Shown: positions 8,865 to 17,126, numbered from the stretch's first letter. The stretch is 36,485 bases of DNA from Candidatus Woesearchaeota archaeon CG11_big_fil_rev_8_21_14_0_20_43_8 (GCA_002762705.1 PCVE01000108.1:1-36485); one strand, 5' to 3'. Numbers and translations: made by a program. The notes: generated by a model not told the origin, from the sequence alone.

Positions 8865-10105
8865 CTGTGCTTCATCTCCATTGCATAGTTCTCAAGGTGC
8901 TCACCAAGTCCGTGCGTGATGTGATCCTTTGAATTGAATGTTGAATAGTTTCGATATGTATCTATGAAATAACCGATGTGTTTTCCCACTCGGATATCTG
9001 AAAGATCATTTGCGATAACCAGATCGCATCCATTTTTTTGTAATGAATCATACGCTATTTCTCTGAGTTTCTCTGGACTTTTTTTGCTTTCAAGCTTGAA
9101 TCCGACTTTGTACATTTTTTTGCCTGTCTCTTCGGTGATTTTGTCGACCTCTTTTATGATCTTCTTTGTTGGGACAAGCCGCACATTCATTTCGTCACCA
9201 GATCTCACTTTCTCGTCGATCACTTTGTCAGGAGCATAATCCAGGACTGCTGCATTGAAGATGCTTATCCTGTAATTCTTATCTTTACGTCTGAGTTCAT
9301 CTTCTACTGCCTGCATCATCTCATCAGGGCCTTTTACATCAGTCACATCAAGATATCCGGGGGGATGCACAGTGCCGGGGCCATATGTCACTTTCACATT
9401 TGCGCCGCGCATATAGAGATCTTTTGCAATACGGATGCCAAGATCGCCTGATGATGTGTTTTTGATCTTTCTGACAGCATCGACATTTGCTTCGTTTGGT
9501 CCGACAGTCATCAACACATCGACCCCTGATAGCGGCCCATTGGCAAGCTGTCTTGTTGTTGCTGCGACAATCTCATCTAATTTTGCGAGCTTCGCTTTTC
9601 CTTCAGAAAAACGCGGTTCGATAATGTGGATATTGTAATCTTCATTGTTTCTGAATTCATTTAGGTTCTTCTGCAGGATAGGATTCTCATAAAGCGACAT
9701 GTGCATTGTCGGGGCAAGCATGATCGGAATACCCCTGCCCATGGCGCTTGCCACTGTTGTCGTCAATGGATTGTCTGCGATGCCTGCTGCGATCTTGTTT
9801 ATCGTGTTCAATGTGGCTGGCGCCACAAGCACTGCGTCTTCAAGGTCAATGTGCTGCGCAGTGCCATCAAGCGTCGTCACCACTTTATTTCCTGTCGCCC
9901 ATTCCATTGTCAAAGGTGTGATGAACTTCTGGGCTGCATCACTCATCACCGCACGGACATCAGCTCCGTATCTTCTTAGCATCCTTGCGACTTTTGGCAT
10001 CTCGATACTTGCAATCCCGCCACTGAGACACATTGTTATCTTCTTTCCTTTCAGATAATCCGCTATCGCATCTACCTGTCTATCTTCTAGTTCTTTCATA
10101 TCCAT
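8849..10105 (-). CDS. coaBC: CoaBC-family bifunctional phosphopantothenoylcysteine decarboxylase/ligase (archaeal type)
   Basis: HFCD domain (SGGIAS, APATLNTINKIAAGIADN, APTMH, PRFSEGKAK) plus CoaB/DFP domain (DAVRKIKNTSSG, NAAVLDY, VGFKLE, DLVIANDL); GAGGTG RBS. Confidence 0.9.
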   Translation of the reverse strand: MDMKELEDRQVDAIADYLKGKKITMCLSGGIASIEMPKVARMLRRYGADVRAVMSDAAQKFITPLTMEWATGNKVVTTLDGTAQHIDLEDAVLVAPATLNTINKIAAGIADNPLTTTVASAMGRGIPIMLAPTMHMSLYENPILQKNLNEFRNNEDYNIHIIEPRFSEGKAKLAKLDEIVAATTRQLANGPLSGVDVLMTVGPNEANVDAVRKIKNTSSGDLGIRIAKDLYMRGANVKVTYGPGTVHPPGYLDVTDVKGPDEMMQAVEDELRRKDKNYRISIFNAAVLDYAPDKVIDEKVRSGDEMNVRLVPTKKIIKEVDKITEETGKKMYKVGFKLESKKSPEKLREIAYDSLQKNGCDLVIANDLSDIRVGKHIGYFIDTYRNYSTFNSKDHITHGLGEHLENYAMEMKHRWQSR

Positions 10106-10163
10106 CGTCGCACCTCGTATTCTTCATAGCTATCGCTATGTTCTGTCTTAGATGGCTATAACC

Positions 10164-11003
10164 CTATAATCTCAGCAATCTCTTCGCGTTCTCGTAGTAG
10201 ACTTTATTTTTGTCTTCTGTGCTGTAGCCCATTGATTCTATATGTTCTATCGAATCTTCTATGGATTGGATAGGAAAATCTGATGCGAATAATACTTGCG
10301 AAGGATCACATTCGTGCGCTAATATCTTCAGCGCTTTTCTTGTGACTCTTATCTCTTTTTCTGTGTCGTCTTTTCCTGTCTTCCAAAGGCCAGAGACATC
10401 TGTGTATATGTGCGGATGTTTATTCAGCACATCCCTTGCGCTTTTTGTGAATGGCTGTCCATAATGGCAGATGACAAGATCAAGCGATGGGAATCTCTTC
10501 GCGACTTCACCTATGTGAGATGGGTGTGTCTGATAATGGAGATATTGTCCGGGATTATCTTCATCGATATCCCATGATTCAGGGAAATCACCTTCACCAG
10601 TGGTCTCTCCAGAGTGGAAAGCGACTGGTATCCCAAGTTCGCTTGCTAGTCGATATACCAGCGACATCTTCTCTTCATGAGGATAGAAGTCTTGATATCC
10701 TGGATAAAGTTTGATGCCAGATATCGAATCCTTGATACTGCGGAGTTCCTGGATACCAGCATCCATTGATCTCTCTACGTCAAGGCCGCCGAACATGAGA
10801 AATCTGTCGCTTTCTGAGATCAGATCAAGCATCTTCATGTTGCCGCTTCCCCTGTTCTGGTGCGGGAAGAATGTCGCCATGACCACTGCTTTCTCTATTG
10901 AATATCTGCTCATGACACTGACTAGGTATTCGGGTGAAGCATCATCTGTATACAGTCCTTCCTGCGTGTGCCTTGTCAAGTGTGTGTGAAAGTCGATCTT
11001 CAT
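10164..11003 (-). CDS. Amidohydrolase_2-family TIM-barrel metalloenzyme
   Basis: IDFHTH, GIKLYPGY, FHSG, CHYG, TDVSG and FASDFP metal-ligand motifs. Confidence 0.9.
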   Translation of the reverse strand: MKIDFHTHLTRHTQEGLYTDDASPEYLVSVMSRYSIEKAVVMATFFPHQNRGSGNMKMLDLISESDRFLMFGGLDVERSMDAGIQELRSIKDSISGIKLYPGYQDFYPHEEKMSLVYRLASELGIPVAFHSGETTGEGDFPESWDIDEDNPGQYLHYQTHPSHIGEVAKRFPSLDLVICHYGQPFTKSARDVLNKHPHIYTDVSGLWKTGKDDTEKEIRVTRKALKILAHECDPSQVLFASDFPIQSIEDSIEHIESMGYSTEDKNKVYYENAKRLLRL

Positions 11004-11029
11004 CTTGATATGTGGGGAGGCACAGGGCA

Positions 11030-11088
11030 GTATAAAGCTATTCTTTAAATCTTTAAAGATGTTTAAATTTAAAGCAAATTTATATATG
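11030..11088. promoter_or_regulatory. Divergent promoter region with back-to-back TATA boxes and a palindromic TTTAAA array
   Basis: Minus-strand TTTATA at about 11037-11032; plus-strand TTTATATA at 11079-11086. Each lies 22-28 nt from its ATG, implying leaderless transcripts. Palindromes ATCTTTAAAGAT (11049-11060) and TTTAAATTTAAA (11062-11073). Confidence 0.6.
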
Positions 11089-11108
11089 CAACCGCCTTTC
11101 CTATCGAT

Positions 11109-11588
11109 ATGTCAGACAAGGTGATGGTTCAGGCGGCAGTCATGGTGTTGTTACGTGAAGATGCCGGCCAGATAGAGACATATCTCACCAAACGTCCAGC
11201 CACATTCAGGACATATCCTGGAAGATATGTCTTTCCAGGTGGCACGATGGAAATGAATGACTCTGATCATCTTGATTGTGCGATAAGAGAGGCTTTAGAA
11301 GAAGTAGGTATCTGTCTGAAAAGAGCAGATGTCTTTTTTTTATCTGAGAATCATGTCGATCATTATCTTGATGATATCCAGTATCATGTATTCTCATATG
11401 CTGCGAAGATGCCTGATGACCAAGTGATCACATTGAATCCTGATGAAGTCGAAGAGGGTCTTTGGTTACGTCCGAATGATTGTTTACAAAAAGAAAAAGA
11501 GAGCAAGATGAGTCTGACAAAAATCACGCGACGGAATTTGCGTATGCTTTTGGACTATAAGACTCTTGATGAGGTCTTCAGAAAATGA
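11109..11588 (+). CDS. Nudix hydrolase, CoA-pyrophosphatase-like
   Basis: Nudix box GGTMEMNDSDHLDCAIREALEEVGI, preceded by LTKRPATFRTYPGRYVFPGG, which resembles the LTxR...R.H.G...FPGG motif of CoA pyrophosphatases. Confidence 0.85.
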   Translation: MSDKVMVQAAVMVLLREDAGQIETYLTKRPATFRTYPGRYVFPGGTMEMNDSDHLDCAIREALEEVGICLKRADVFFLSENHVDHYLDDIQYHVFSYAAKMPDDQVITLNPDEVEEGLWLRPNDCLQKEKESKMSLTKITRRNLRMLLDYKTLDEVFRK

Positions 11589-12511
11589 AGACCACAACAC
11601 GAAAACTGCAGGAGATCTCTGGTTCATTGCTAGTTACACTTCCATCGGAATGGGCGCAGAGATATAGGCTCAAGAAAGGATCAGAGGTGATGATCACCCA
11701 GAATGACGATACAACCTTGAAGATAAGCAAGGAATTTTTGTATGATGAGATCAAAGGTGAGAGTATCATAAAATACGATTCACTGCTTCTCAGACGTTTT
11801 TTCCGTGAATATCTCTCTTCTGTCGATTTTGTTGTCGTGCATTTCCAGGAGTGTGATACGCCAAAAGAAGAGATCCGGAGATTCTATGATTTCATACGTG
11901 ATTCTATGCTGAATGTCGAAGTGATCGAGGAGACAAAAGAGAAGATGGTCCTTCAGATATTCCGGATGAATGAGGTCACGATCGGGTCATGCATCAGGCG
12001 TATGTTCTATCTGGTGAAGAATATGATTGATATCCTGACATCGAAAGGCGATGCATCACAGATAATCGATCTTGATAAGACAGTCGCGAAATTCTATTAT
12101 ATGCTTGTCAAGCAGACAAGGATATTCCTTCAGCAGGGCAGGTACACAAAAGCAGAGGAACTCACTGTGATCGAAGCCATGGATCATCGGATGGTGGCTG
12201 AGAAGATAGAACGCATCGGTGACCTGGTAAAAGAGCTTGCGATTACATCAGATGGCAAGAGATTTGACAAGACGCTTCTTGATTTTTTCCTTTTTGTGGT
12301 GTCTCGGCTGGATTCTGCCTTTTCAGCCTTTATAAAGCATGATTTCGACTCGGCCCTCAGGATATGGGATGAGCAGAGATCGGTCTTTTCAAGGTTTTCA
12401 AGGCTTAAAGAGCAATATGCCAAAAAAAAGGATATGAAAAGCCTTGAGCTCTGCTCATATCTGAAAAATGTCTATGAACATACTAGGGATATCGCAAATA
12501 TCGTCAGATAG
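11585..12511 (+). CDS. phoU: Archaeal phosphate-uptake regulator (N-terminal AbrB domain plus PhoU repeats)
   Basis: RKLQEISGSLLVTLPSEWA AbrB motif; PhoU motif IERIGDL; ATGA overlap with the Nudix gene. Confidence 0.85.
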   Translation: MKTTTRKLQEISGSLLVTLPSEWAQRYRLKKGSEVMITQNDDTTLKISKEFLYDEIKGESIIKYDSLLLRRFFREYLSSVDFVVVHFQECDTPKEEIRRFYDFIRDSMLNVEVIEETKEKMVLQIFRMNEVTIGSCIRRMFYLVKNMIDILTSKGDASQIIDLDKTVAKFYYMLVKQTRIFLQQGRYTKAEELTVIEAMDHRMVAEKIERIGDLVKELAITSDGKRFDKTLLDFFLFVVSRLDSAFSAFIKHDFDSALRIWDEQRSVFSRFSRLKEQYAKKKDMKSLELCSYLKNVYEHTRDIANIVR

Positions 12512-12514
12512 AAA

Positions 12515-12529
12515 CGAAATGTTTTTAAA
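12515..12529 (+). promoter_or_regulatory. BRE/TATA of the r-protein cluster
   Basis: CGAAA-TG-TTTTTAAA, with a GAGGT RBS at about 12579 before ATG 12592. Confidence 0.55.
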
Positions 12530-12591
12530 TGCCCTCTAATTTCTGCATGGAATGGGTTTATTAAGGTTTAGCTCGTGAGAGGTATATAAAA

Positions 12592-13170
12592 ATGACGAGT
12601 ATGTATGATGTTTCAGCAGATGAATTGATCAGACTGACTGCAGAAGAACTAAAGAAGTTAGATTCGCTACATCCACCACAGTGGGCTGCGTATGTGAAGA
12701 CAGGCGTCCATAAAGAGAGACCACCCGTCGAGCAGGACTGGTGGTATGTCAGGGCGGCTTCAGTGCTTAGGAAAGTCTATATATTAGGTCCGGTCGGTGT
12801 ATCTAAGCTCCGTCGGAAATATGGCGGAAAGCGCAATATGGGCGCAAGACCAGAGCACTTCTTCAAGGGCTCAGGAAACATATTGAGAAAAATATCACAG
12901 CAGCTTGAAGCAGCAGGTCTTCTCCAGAAGAGCAAGACTTCACGAGCAGGAAGGATTGTCTCAGCAAAAGGAAGATCCCTCCTTGATGGAATCGCAGCAA
13001 ACATGGCAAGATCAGCGCCAGCAGTTGCAGCATCTAAGCCAAAAGCGAAACCAAAGAAAGAAGAAGCTGCTAAAGAAGAGCCAAAGGCAAAACCACAGAA
13101 GGAAGATGTTCCTGATGCCGAGCCTGAGAAGAAGCCGAAAGCTGAATCAAAGAAAGAGGCAAAGGAATAG
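12592..13170 (+). CDS. rps19e: 30S ribosomal protein S19e with a K/E/A/P-rich C-terminal tail
   Basis: PQWAAYVKTGVHKERPP, DWWYVRAASVLRK, GSGNILRK, QQLE. Confidence 0.96.
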   Translation: MTSMYDVSADELIRLTAEELKKLDSLHPPQWAAYVKTGVHKERPPVEQDWWYVRAASVLRKVYILGPVGVSKLRRKYGGKRNMGARPEHFFKGSGNILRKISQQLEAAGLLQKSKTSRAGRIVSAKGRSLLDGIAANMARSAPAVAASKPKAKPKKEEAAKEEPKAKPQKEDVPDAEPEKKPKAESKKEAKE

Positions 13171-13175
13171 ATAAG

Positions 13176-13508
13176 ATGTCTGAGCTTGATGCGCTGAAAA
13201 AGAAAAGGATGCTTGAACTTCAACAACAAGCAGCCTATCAACAAGATGCGCAGGCCGAGCAAGAACAACAGATTCAAGAGCAGCTCGCTCAACTCGAAGC
13301 GATGGTAAGACCATTGCTGACTCCTGAGGCGCTGCAGCGTTATGGCAATATCAAGATCGCGCATCCGGAGTTGACAGTGAGTGTCCTTGTCGCGCTTGGA
13401 CGTTTCGCACAGAGCGGAAAGATTAAGCGTGTCGACGATAATATGCTCAAGACGATCCTTATCGAGCTTCAGAAGACCAAGCGTGAGATCAAGATCAAAC
13501 ATAAATGA
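13176..13508 (+). CDS. PDCD5/TFAR19-like DNA-binding protein
   Basis: Q-rich N-terminus and LTPEALQRYGNIKIAHPE; canonical position after S19e. Confidence 0.9.
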   Translation: MSELDALKKKRMLELQQQAAYQQDAQAEQEQQIQEQLAQLEAMVRPLLTPEALQRYGNIKIAHPELTVSVLVALGRFAQSGKIKRVDDNMLKTILIELQKTKREIKIKHK

Positions 13509-13525
13509 TTACTCGAGGTATCAAA

Positions 13526-13699
13526 ATGGCAAGGTACAAAAAGACAGGCAAGAAATCAAGATTGATTAAGAAAGGCAAACAAACCAAATGGGCTCCATTC
13601 TGGACCATCCCAAAGATGTATGGTGTAGGAAGACAAGTCCATCCAGGACGTCATACAGTAGTCAAAAGGCACTGGAAACGTACTAAGACAAAGGCGTGA
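13526..13699 (+). CDS. rpl39e: 50S ribosomal protein L39e
   Basis: MARYK...KK.RL.K..KQTKWAPFW...RHWKRTK; GAGGT RBS at 13515; synteny. Confidence 0.88.
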   Translation: MARYKKTGKKSRLIKKGKQTKWAPFWTIPKMYGVGRQVHPGRHTVVKRHWKRTKTKA

Positions 13700-13704
13700 T
13701 TGAT

Positions 13705-14283
13705 ATGGCTAAACTTGAAAGAACTTATAATGTTCCCTTGAGGAAAGAGTTTCTAAAAGAGAAGAACTACAAAAGGACAGAGAAAGCAGTCAGGGCACTA
13801 AAAGAGTTCATGGCTAAACACATGAAATCCGATGATGTGAAGATTGGTCCGCAGCTTAACAAGAAATTGTGGGACAAAGGGATCAAGAACCCACCGCATC
13901 ATGTGCATGTCACTGCAGTCAAGGATGATGAAGGCGTCGTCAGGGTCGAGCTCTTCGGTGCACCAGCATTCGAAGCAAAGAAACCAACAGAGAAAAAATC
14001 TGGCGGTCTGAAAGATAAATTGGCTGGCGCGATAAAAGGCAAGGACGCTCCTGCAAAAGCTGATGACGCGAAGTCTGATGATAAGCCTAAGACTGATGCA
14101 GCAGAGAAACCTAAAGCTGATAACAAACCTGCTCCTAAGTCAGATGCTCCTAAAGATGCAGCAAAACCTGCTTCTGAGAAGAAAGTCGATGCTCCTGTGA
14201 AGAAAGCAGAAGAAGCAAAAGTCCCTGAAAAAAAGGAAGTTGCTCCTGCATCGAAAGATAAATCTGCAGAAACGAAACAATAA
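13705..14283 (+). CDS. rpl31e: 50S ribosomal protein L31e with a low-complexity tail of about 100 aa
   Basis: ERTYNVPLR, KAVRALKEF..KHMK, LNKKLWDKGIKNPP. Confidence 0.94.
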   Translation: MAKLERTYNVPLRKEFLKEKNYKRTEKAVRALKEFMAKHMKSDDVKIGPQLNKKLWDKGIKNPPHHVHVTAVKDDEGVVRVELFGAPAFEAKKPTEKKSGGLKDKLAGAIKGKDAPAKADDAKSDDKPKTDAAEKPKADNKPAPKSDAPKDAAKPASEKKVDAPVKKAEEAKVPEKKEVAPASKDKSAETKQ

Positions 14284-14306
14284 TTTTTATATACTTATTT
14301 GTTTTT

Positions 14307-14555
14307 TTGTTGTCTATGAAGATACTTAGTGCGATTATGATATTCTCAGCTGTGTTCATCATAGTCTCTACTCTTGGATTCTATGTGGAACATTTTTTCG
14401 AACCATATACGACGGAAGATGAAGGTTTCAACAAGATATTCAAGATGGTTGAACTCATCCTTCCAGGTGGTCTTGATTCATCAGGTATCCTTAGAAATCT
14501 TGGTTGGTCGATGTTAATCACGTTGGGATTCTCTTCTGTAGGCAAGAAAGAATAA
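14307..14555 (+). CDS. Small membrane protein, hypothetical
   Basis: Two hydrophobic segments; fills the gap and abuts the convergent pilin stop. The start may be ATG 14316. Confidence 0.5.
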   Translation: MLSMKILSAIMIFSAVFIIVSTLGFYVEHFFEPYTTEDEGFNKIFKMVELILPGGLDSSGILRNLGWSMLITLGFSSVGKKE

Positions 14556-15068
14556 TCAACAGAATTTGATATCTTTGACTTCAAGTGTCTGTGAACAACT
14601 GTATAACTTCCCTTCGATGTTCATACTAATTTTCGGTGTTATCTCAAGAGTGCTGATCCTCCCGAGTCTTTCCTGATCGAATTCCTGAGAAAATTGTCTT
14701 GCTTCATTTGCTGTCAACGCGATCCCTTCAAGGTCGAAGAAATCAGTCTCATAATCTTTTCCAATCATCACAGCTCTTATTCCATCAATAGTTATGCTGC
14801 CTTTATTTATCAGTTTCATCTTCAATGTCTTTTTTGTCTGAATGACGCATAGATCGGTCGCTGTCTCGTTGGCCATCTCGATAGCCACGAATTTCTCGCA
14901 CTTTATCTTCGCTTCTTCCTGTTTTTTTTCGATATCTTCCTGGAGCTTTGAATAGCTCGATCCCCAATTCATTATCACTGCGCCAAGCGCCATCGCAAAG
15001 AAGATCAATAGCACTGTCGCTATCATTGGTGATACTCCTTTTGGACCGATGGTCTTTCTCATACGCAC
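14556..15068 (-). CDS. Archaeal type IV pilin-like protein (class III signal peptide)
   Basis: PKG|VSPMIATVLLIFFAMALGAVIMNWG; NKGS motif; paired Cys. Confidence 0.88.
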   Translation of the reverse strand: MRMRKTIGPKGVSPMIATVLLIFFAMALGAVIMNWGSSYSKLQEDIEKKQEEAKIKCEKFVAIEMANETATDLCVIQTKKTLKMKLINKGSITIDGIRAVMIGKDYETDFFDLEGIALTANEARQFSQEFDQERLGRISTLEITPKISMNIEGKLYSCSQTLEVKDIKFC

Positions 15069-15071
15069 GCC

Positions 15072-16388
15072 TCATTCATTGATAGCAAGATTTTCTATAT
15101 TGATTAGGAGGAAATCGACACCGCCTTCAAGTGTCATGACAAGATCATATTCATAATGATTCCCTGCTGCTGAGCTGTTCATATGCATTATGACAACTGC
15201 AGCATCTGGATCAGTCCTTAGCTCTGATAATTTCACATAGCCTTTTCCATATGATGAGACCGGATCATTGTTTATGCTGAATGAGAAATTCTTCCCAGTC
15301 AGTTCCATGCCCGTGCTTGTGTAGTTCATCTTCTTTATTATGTCTGATGCATTGATATATTGCTGGATGCTTTCAGTTCCGACAGTCTTTCTGAATTCCA
15401 TTGCGAGATAAGTGTTGTTCACGTGATAGGTGTTGTCATCCATCTCGATGTCATCGATAGTGAATATGCCGCCACCTGTAGTGATGAATGGTTTAAGAAG
15501 ACCGGATTCAGATCGTGCACGCGTGGTGTTCCTTAGCAGAAGTCTCCAGTCTTTGTTGTTCTCGCTCATGAAGAAATCAGTATATGTCTTTCCATTCTCT
15601 GTCGTCTTTGTGATCATGAAATTATAATCTTTGTTTGATGTGTAGTTCGCTTTCCAATTCGTCGTACCTCTCTCATACGTCTGTATGGTCCCATATCCGC
15701 CACTATAATTCAACATTATACCTGCGACTATATTGGCACTTGAGACGGCAAGCGTGCTGTTCGCCCATCCGACGACAACAAGATCATCGGTCGTGACCGC
15801 GCCTGTATTGAACGTGAATCGCAAGGTGGTGTCCTCTTTTTCTGTGATGTTCTTATGTGAAAGGATATAATTATCATCCAGATTTCTGCAGCCACCAGTC
15901 GCGCTGTATTTCCCATTTATGATGAAATCATTTCCTGCGCAATTATCATATCTATACCAGGTGTTCGTAGACAGCGTCGAAGTGCTGAAATCTTCAGAGA
16001 AAGACTGAATTCCATCTTCAAATGTGATGAAACTATCGTCCCCTATTATCAGGTCACCGACAAAGACTTTTGTCCTTGGTTCAAGTATCTTCGCTTTTGA
16101 TTCCATCTTCCATTTTATCTGATTGTCCTGTATCGTCATATCGCCTTTCTTGATCTCGATCGGGATGACTCGTTGTGCGCCAGCGCCTTCAGATTGGACA
16201 TCTTTTATCTGAGAATCGATGTTCAGGAACATATCCTTTGTCTTTGTGAATATCGATTTATCCTTCACTTTTTCTAATAATGGTATCCCTGTATTCAATA
16301 ATAAAACTATTATGACTACTGTTATCAAGATGTATGATATCGCAGAAAGCCAGATCTGGCCCTTTCTAGGTGCACGCATAGATATCAT
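15072..16388 (-). CDS. Large pilin-like/adhesin protein (class III signal peptide)
   Basis: RKG|QIWLSAISYILITVVIIVLL; many N-X-S/T sequons; beta-rich body. The start may be the second Met (MRAPRKG). Confidence 0.8.
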   Translation of the reverse strand: MISMRAPRKGQIWLSAISYILITVVIIVLLLNTGIPLLEKVKDKSIFTKTKDMFLNIDSQIKDVQSEGAGAQRVIPIEIKKGDMTIQDNQIKWKMESKAKILEPRTKVFVGDLIIGDDSFITFEDGIQSFSEDFSTSTLSTNTWYRYDNCAGNDFIINGKYSATGGCRNLDDNYILSHKNITEKEDTTLRFTFNTGAVTTDDLVVVGWANSTLAVSSANIVAGIMLNYSGGYGTIQTYERGTTNWKANYTSNKDYNFMITKTTENGKTYTDFFMSENNKDWRLLLRNTTRARSESGLLKPFITTGGGIFTIDDIEMDDNTYHVNNTYLAMEFRKTVGTESIQQYINASDIIKKMNYTSTGMELTGKNFSFSINNDPVSSYGKGYVKLSELRTDPDAAVVIMHMNSSAAGNHYEYDLVMTLEGGVDFLLINIENLAINE

Positions 16389-16944
16389 CCTCCACTAGAT
16401 TCATGTTCCTGCAAAGTTGGGGACCAGTCCCTGCTTCGATATTGACATACGGCGCGAATGTCACCTGGACAACATCTTCGCCTAGCCCTGTGAAGTTGAA
16501 GCTTGTTGTCCCTTTTTTCACGCCACCAGCAGATATGCTGAATGTCTTTTTATCATCTACATAGCTTGTGTCATTTATTCCTATCAAAGCCACCATTATC
16601 CCGGCTATCGAGTCAGATCCTTTGTTCTCAAGAGTGTATTCCAGGACACCTGCTGTCGCGCTAGTGTTCTTGAAACAGAGCCGTTTTTCTCCAGCGATTG
16701 TCTTGACGCTCAAAGCGATAGACATTTGGCACGTGACTCCCAATTGTCCTTCGAGCTCTGCTTTTTCGGTTTGGCTTTCGACATTGCCCACACCCCATCT
16801 CATGACCATGGCGCCGATTGTGATGGTTATTGCAACAAGCAATATCGCGCTGATAAGCTGCGAGACACCCCTATTTTTAAGTTTGATAGAATTCTTTCTA
16901 ACCTTATTTTCCGGACTTAGGCCCAGATTCCTCTTTTTATACAT
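16366..16944 (-). CDS. Archaeal type IV pilin-like protein (class III signal peptide)
   Basis: NRG|VSQLISAILLVAITITIGAMVMRWG; ENKGS motif; paralogous to 14556-15068. ATG 16944 lies about 28 nt from the TATA box. Confidence 0.87.
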   Translation of the reverse strand: MYKKRNLGLSPENKVRKNSIKLKNRGVSQLISAILLVAITITIGAMVMRWGVGNVESQTEKAELEGQLGVTCQMSIALSVKTIAGEKRLCFKNTSATAGVLEYTLENKGSDSIAGIMVALIGINDTSYVDDKKTFSISAGGVKKGTTSFNFTGLGEDVVQVTFAPYVNIEAGTGPQLCRNMNLVEDDIYACT

Positions 16945-16971
16945 AATCAATATCTCTTTTATATAGAGCAC

Positions 16972-16986
16972 TATTAAAAGGTTTCG
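16972..16986 (-). promoter_or_regulatory. BRE/TATA of the pilin cluster
   Basis: The minus strand reads CGAAACC-TTTTAATA. Confidence 0.6.
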
Positions 16987-16992
16987 TCGTAT

Positions 16993-17034
16993 TGGGGTAT
17001 GGGGTATGGGATATGGGGTGTGGGGTATGAGTTA
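16993..17034 (+). repeat. Tandem heptamer repeat, consensus TGGGGTA, 6 copies
   Basis: TGGGGTA TGGGGTA TGGGATA TGGGGTG TGGGGTA TGAGTTA. Confidence 0.92.
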
Positions 17035-17126
17035 TTGGATCTTCATGAGTTTTGTACTGCGATTGTTCGGCGGTTTTTTGAAGCACTCCGTCCTGTTTTT
17101 AAGTCGTTTTTCACTTCACTTTGATC

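Noticed and set aside
12777-13502. 241-aa minus-strand ORF
   Set aside because: Antisense shadow of S19e/PDCD5, favoured by low-complexity codons.
16993-17034. CRISPR array
   Set aside because: The units are 7 nt with no spacers, and there are no cas genes.
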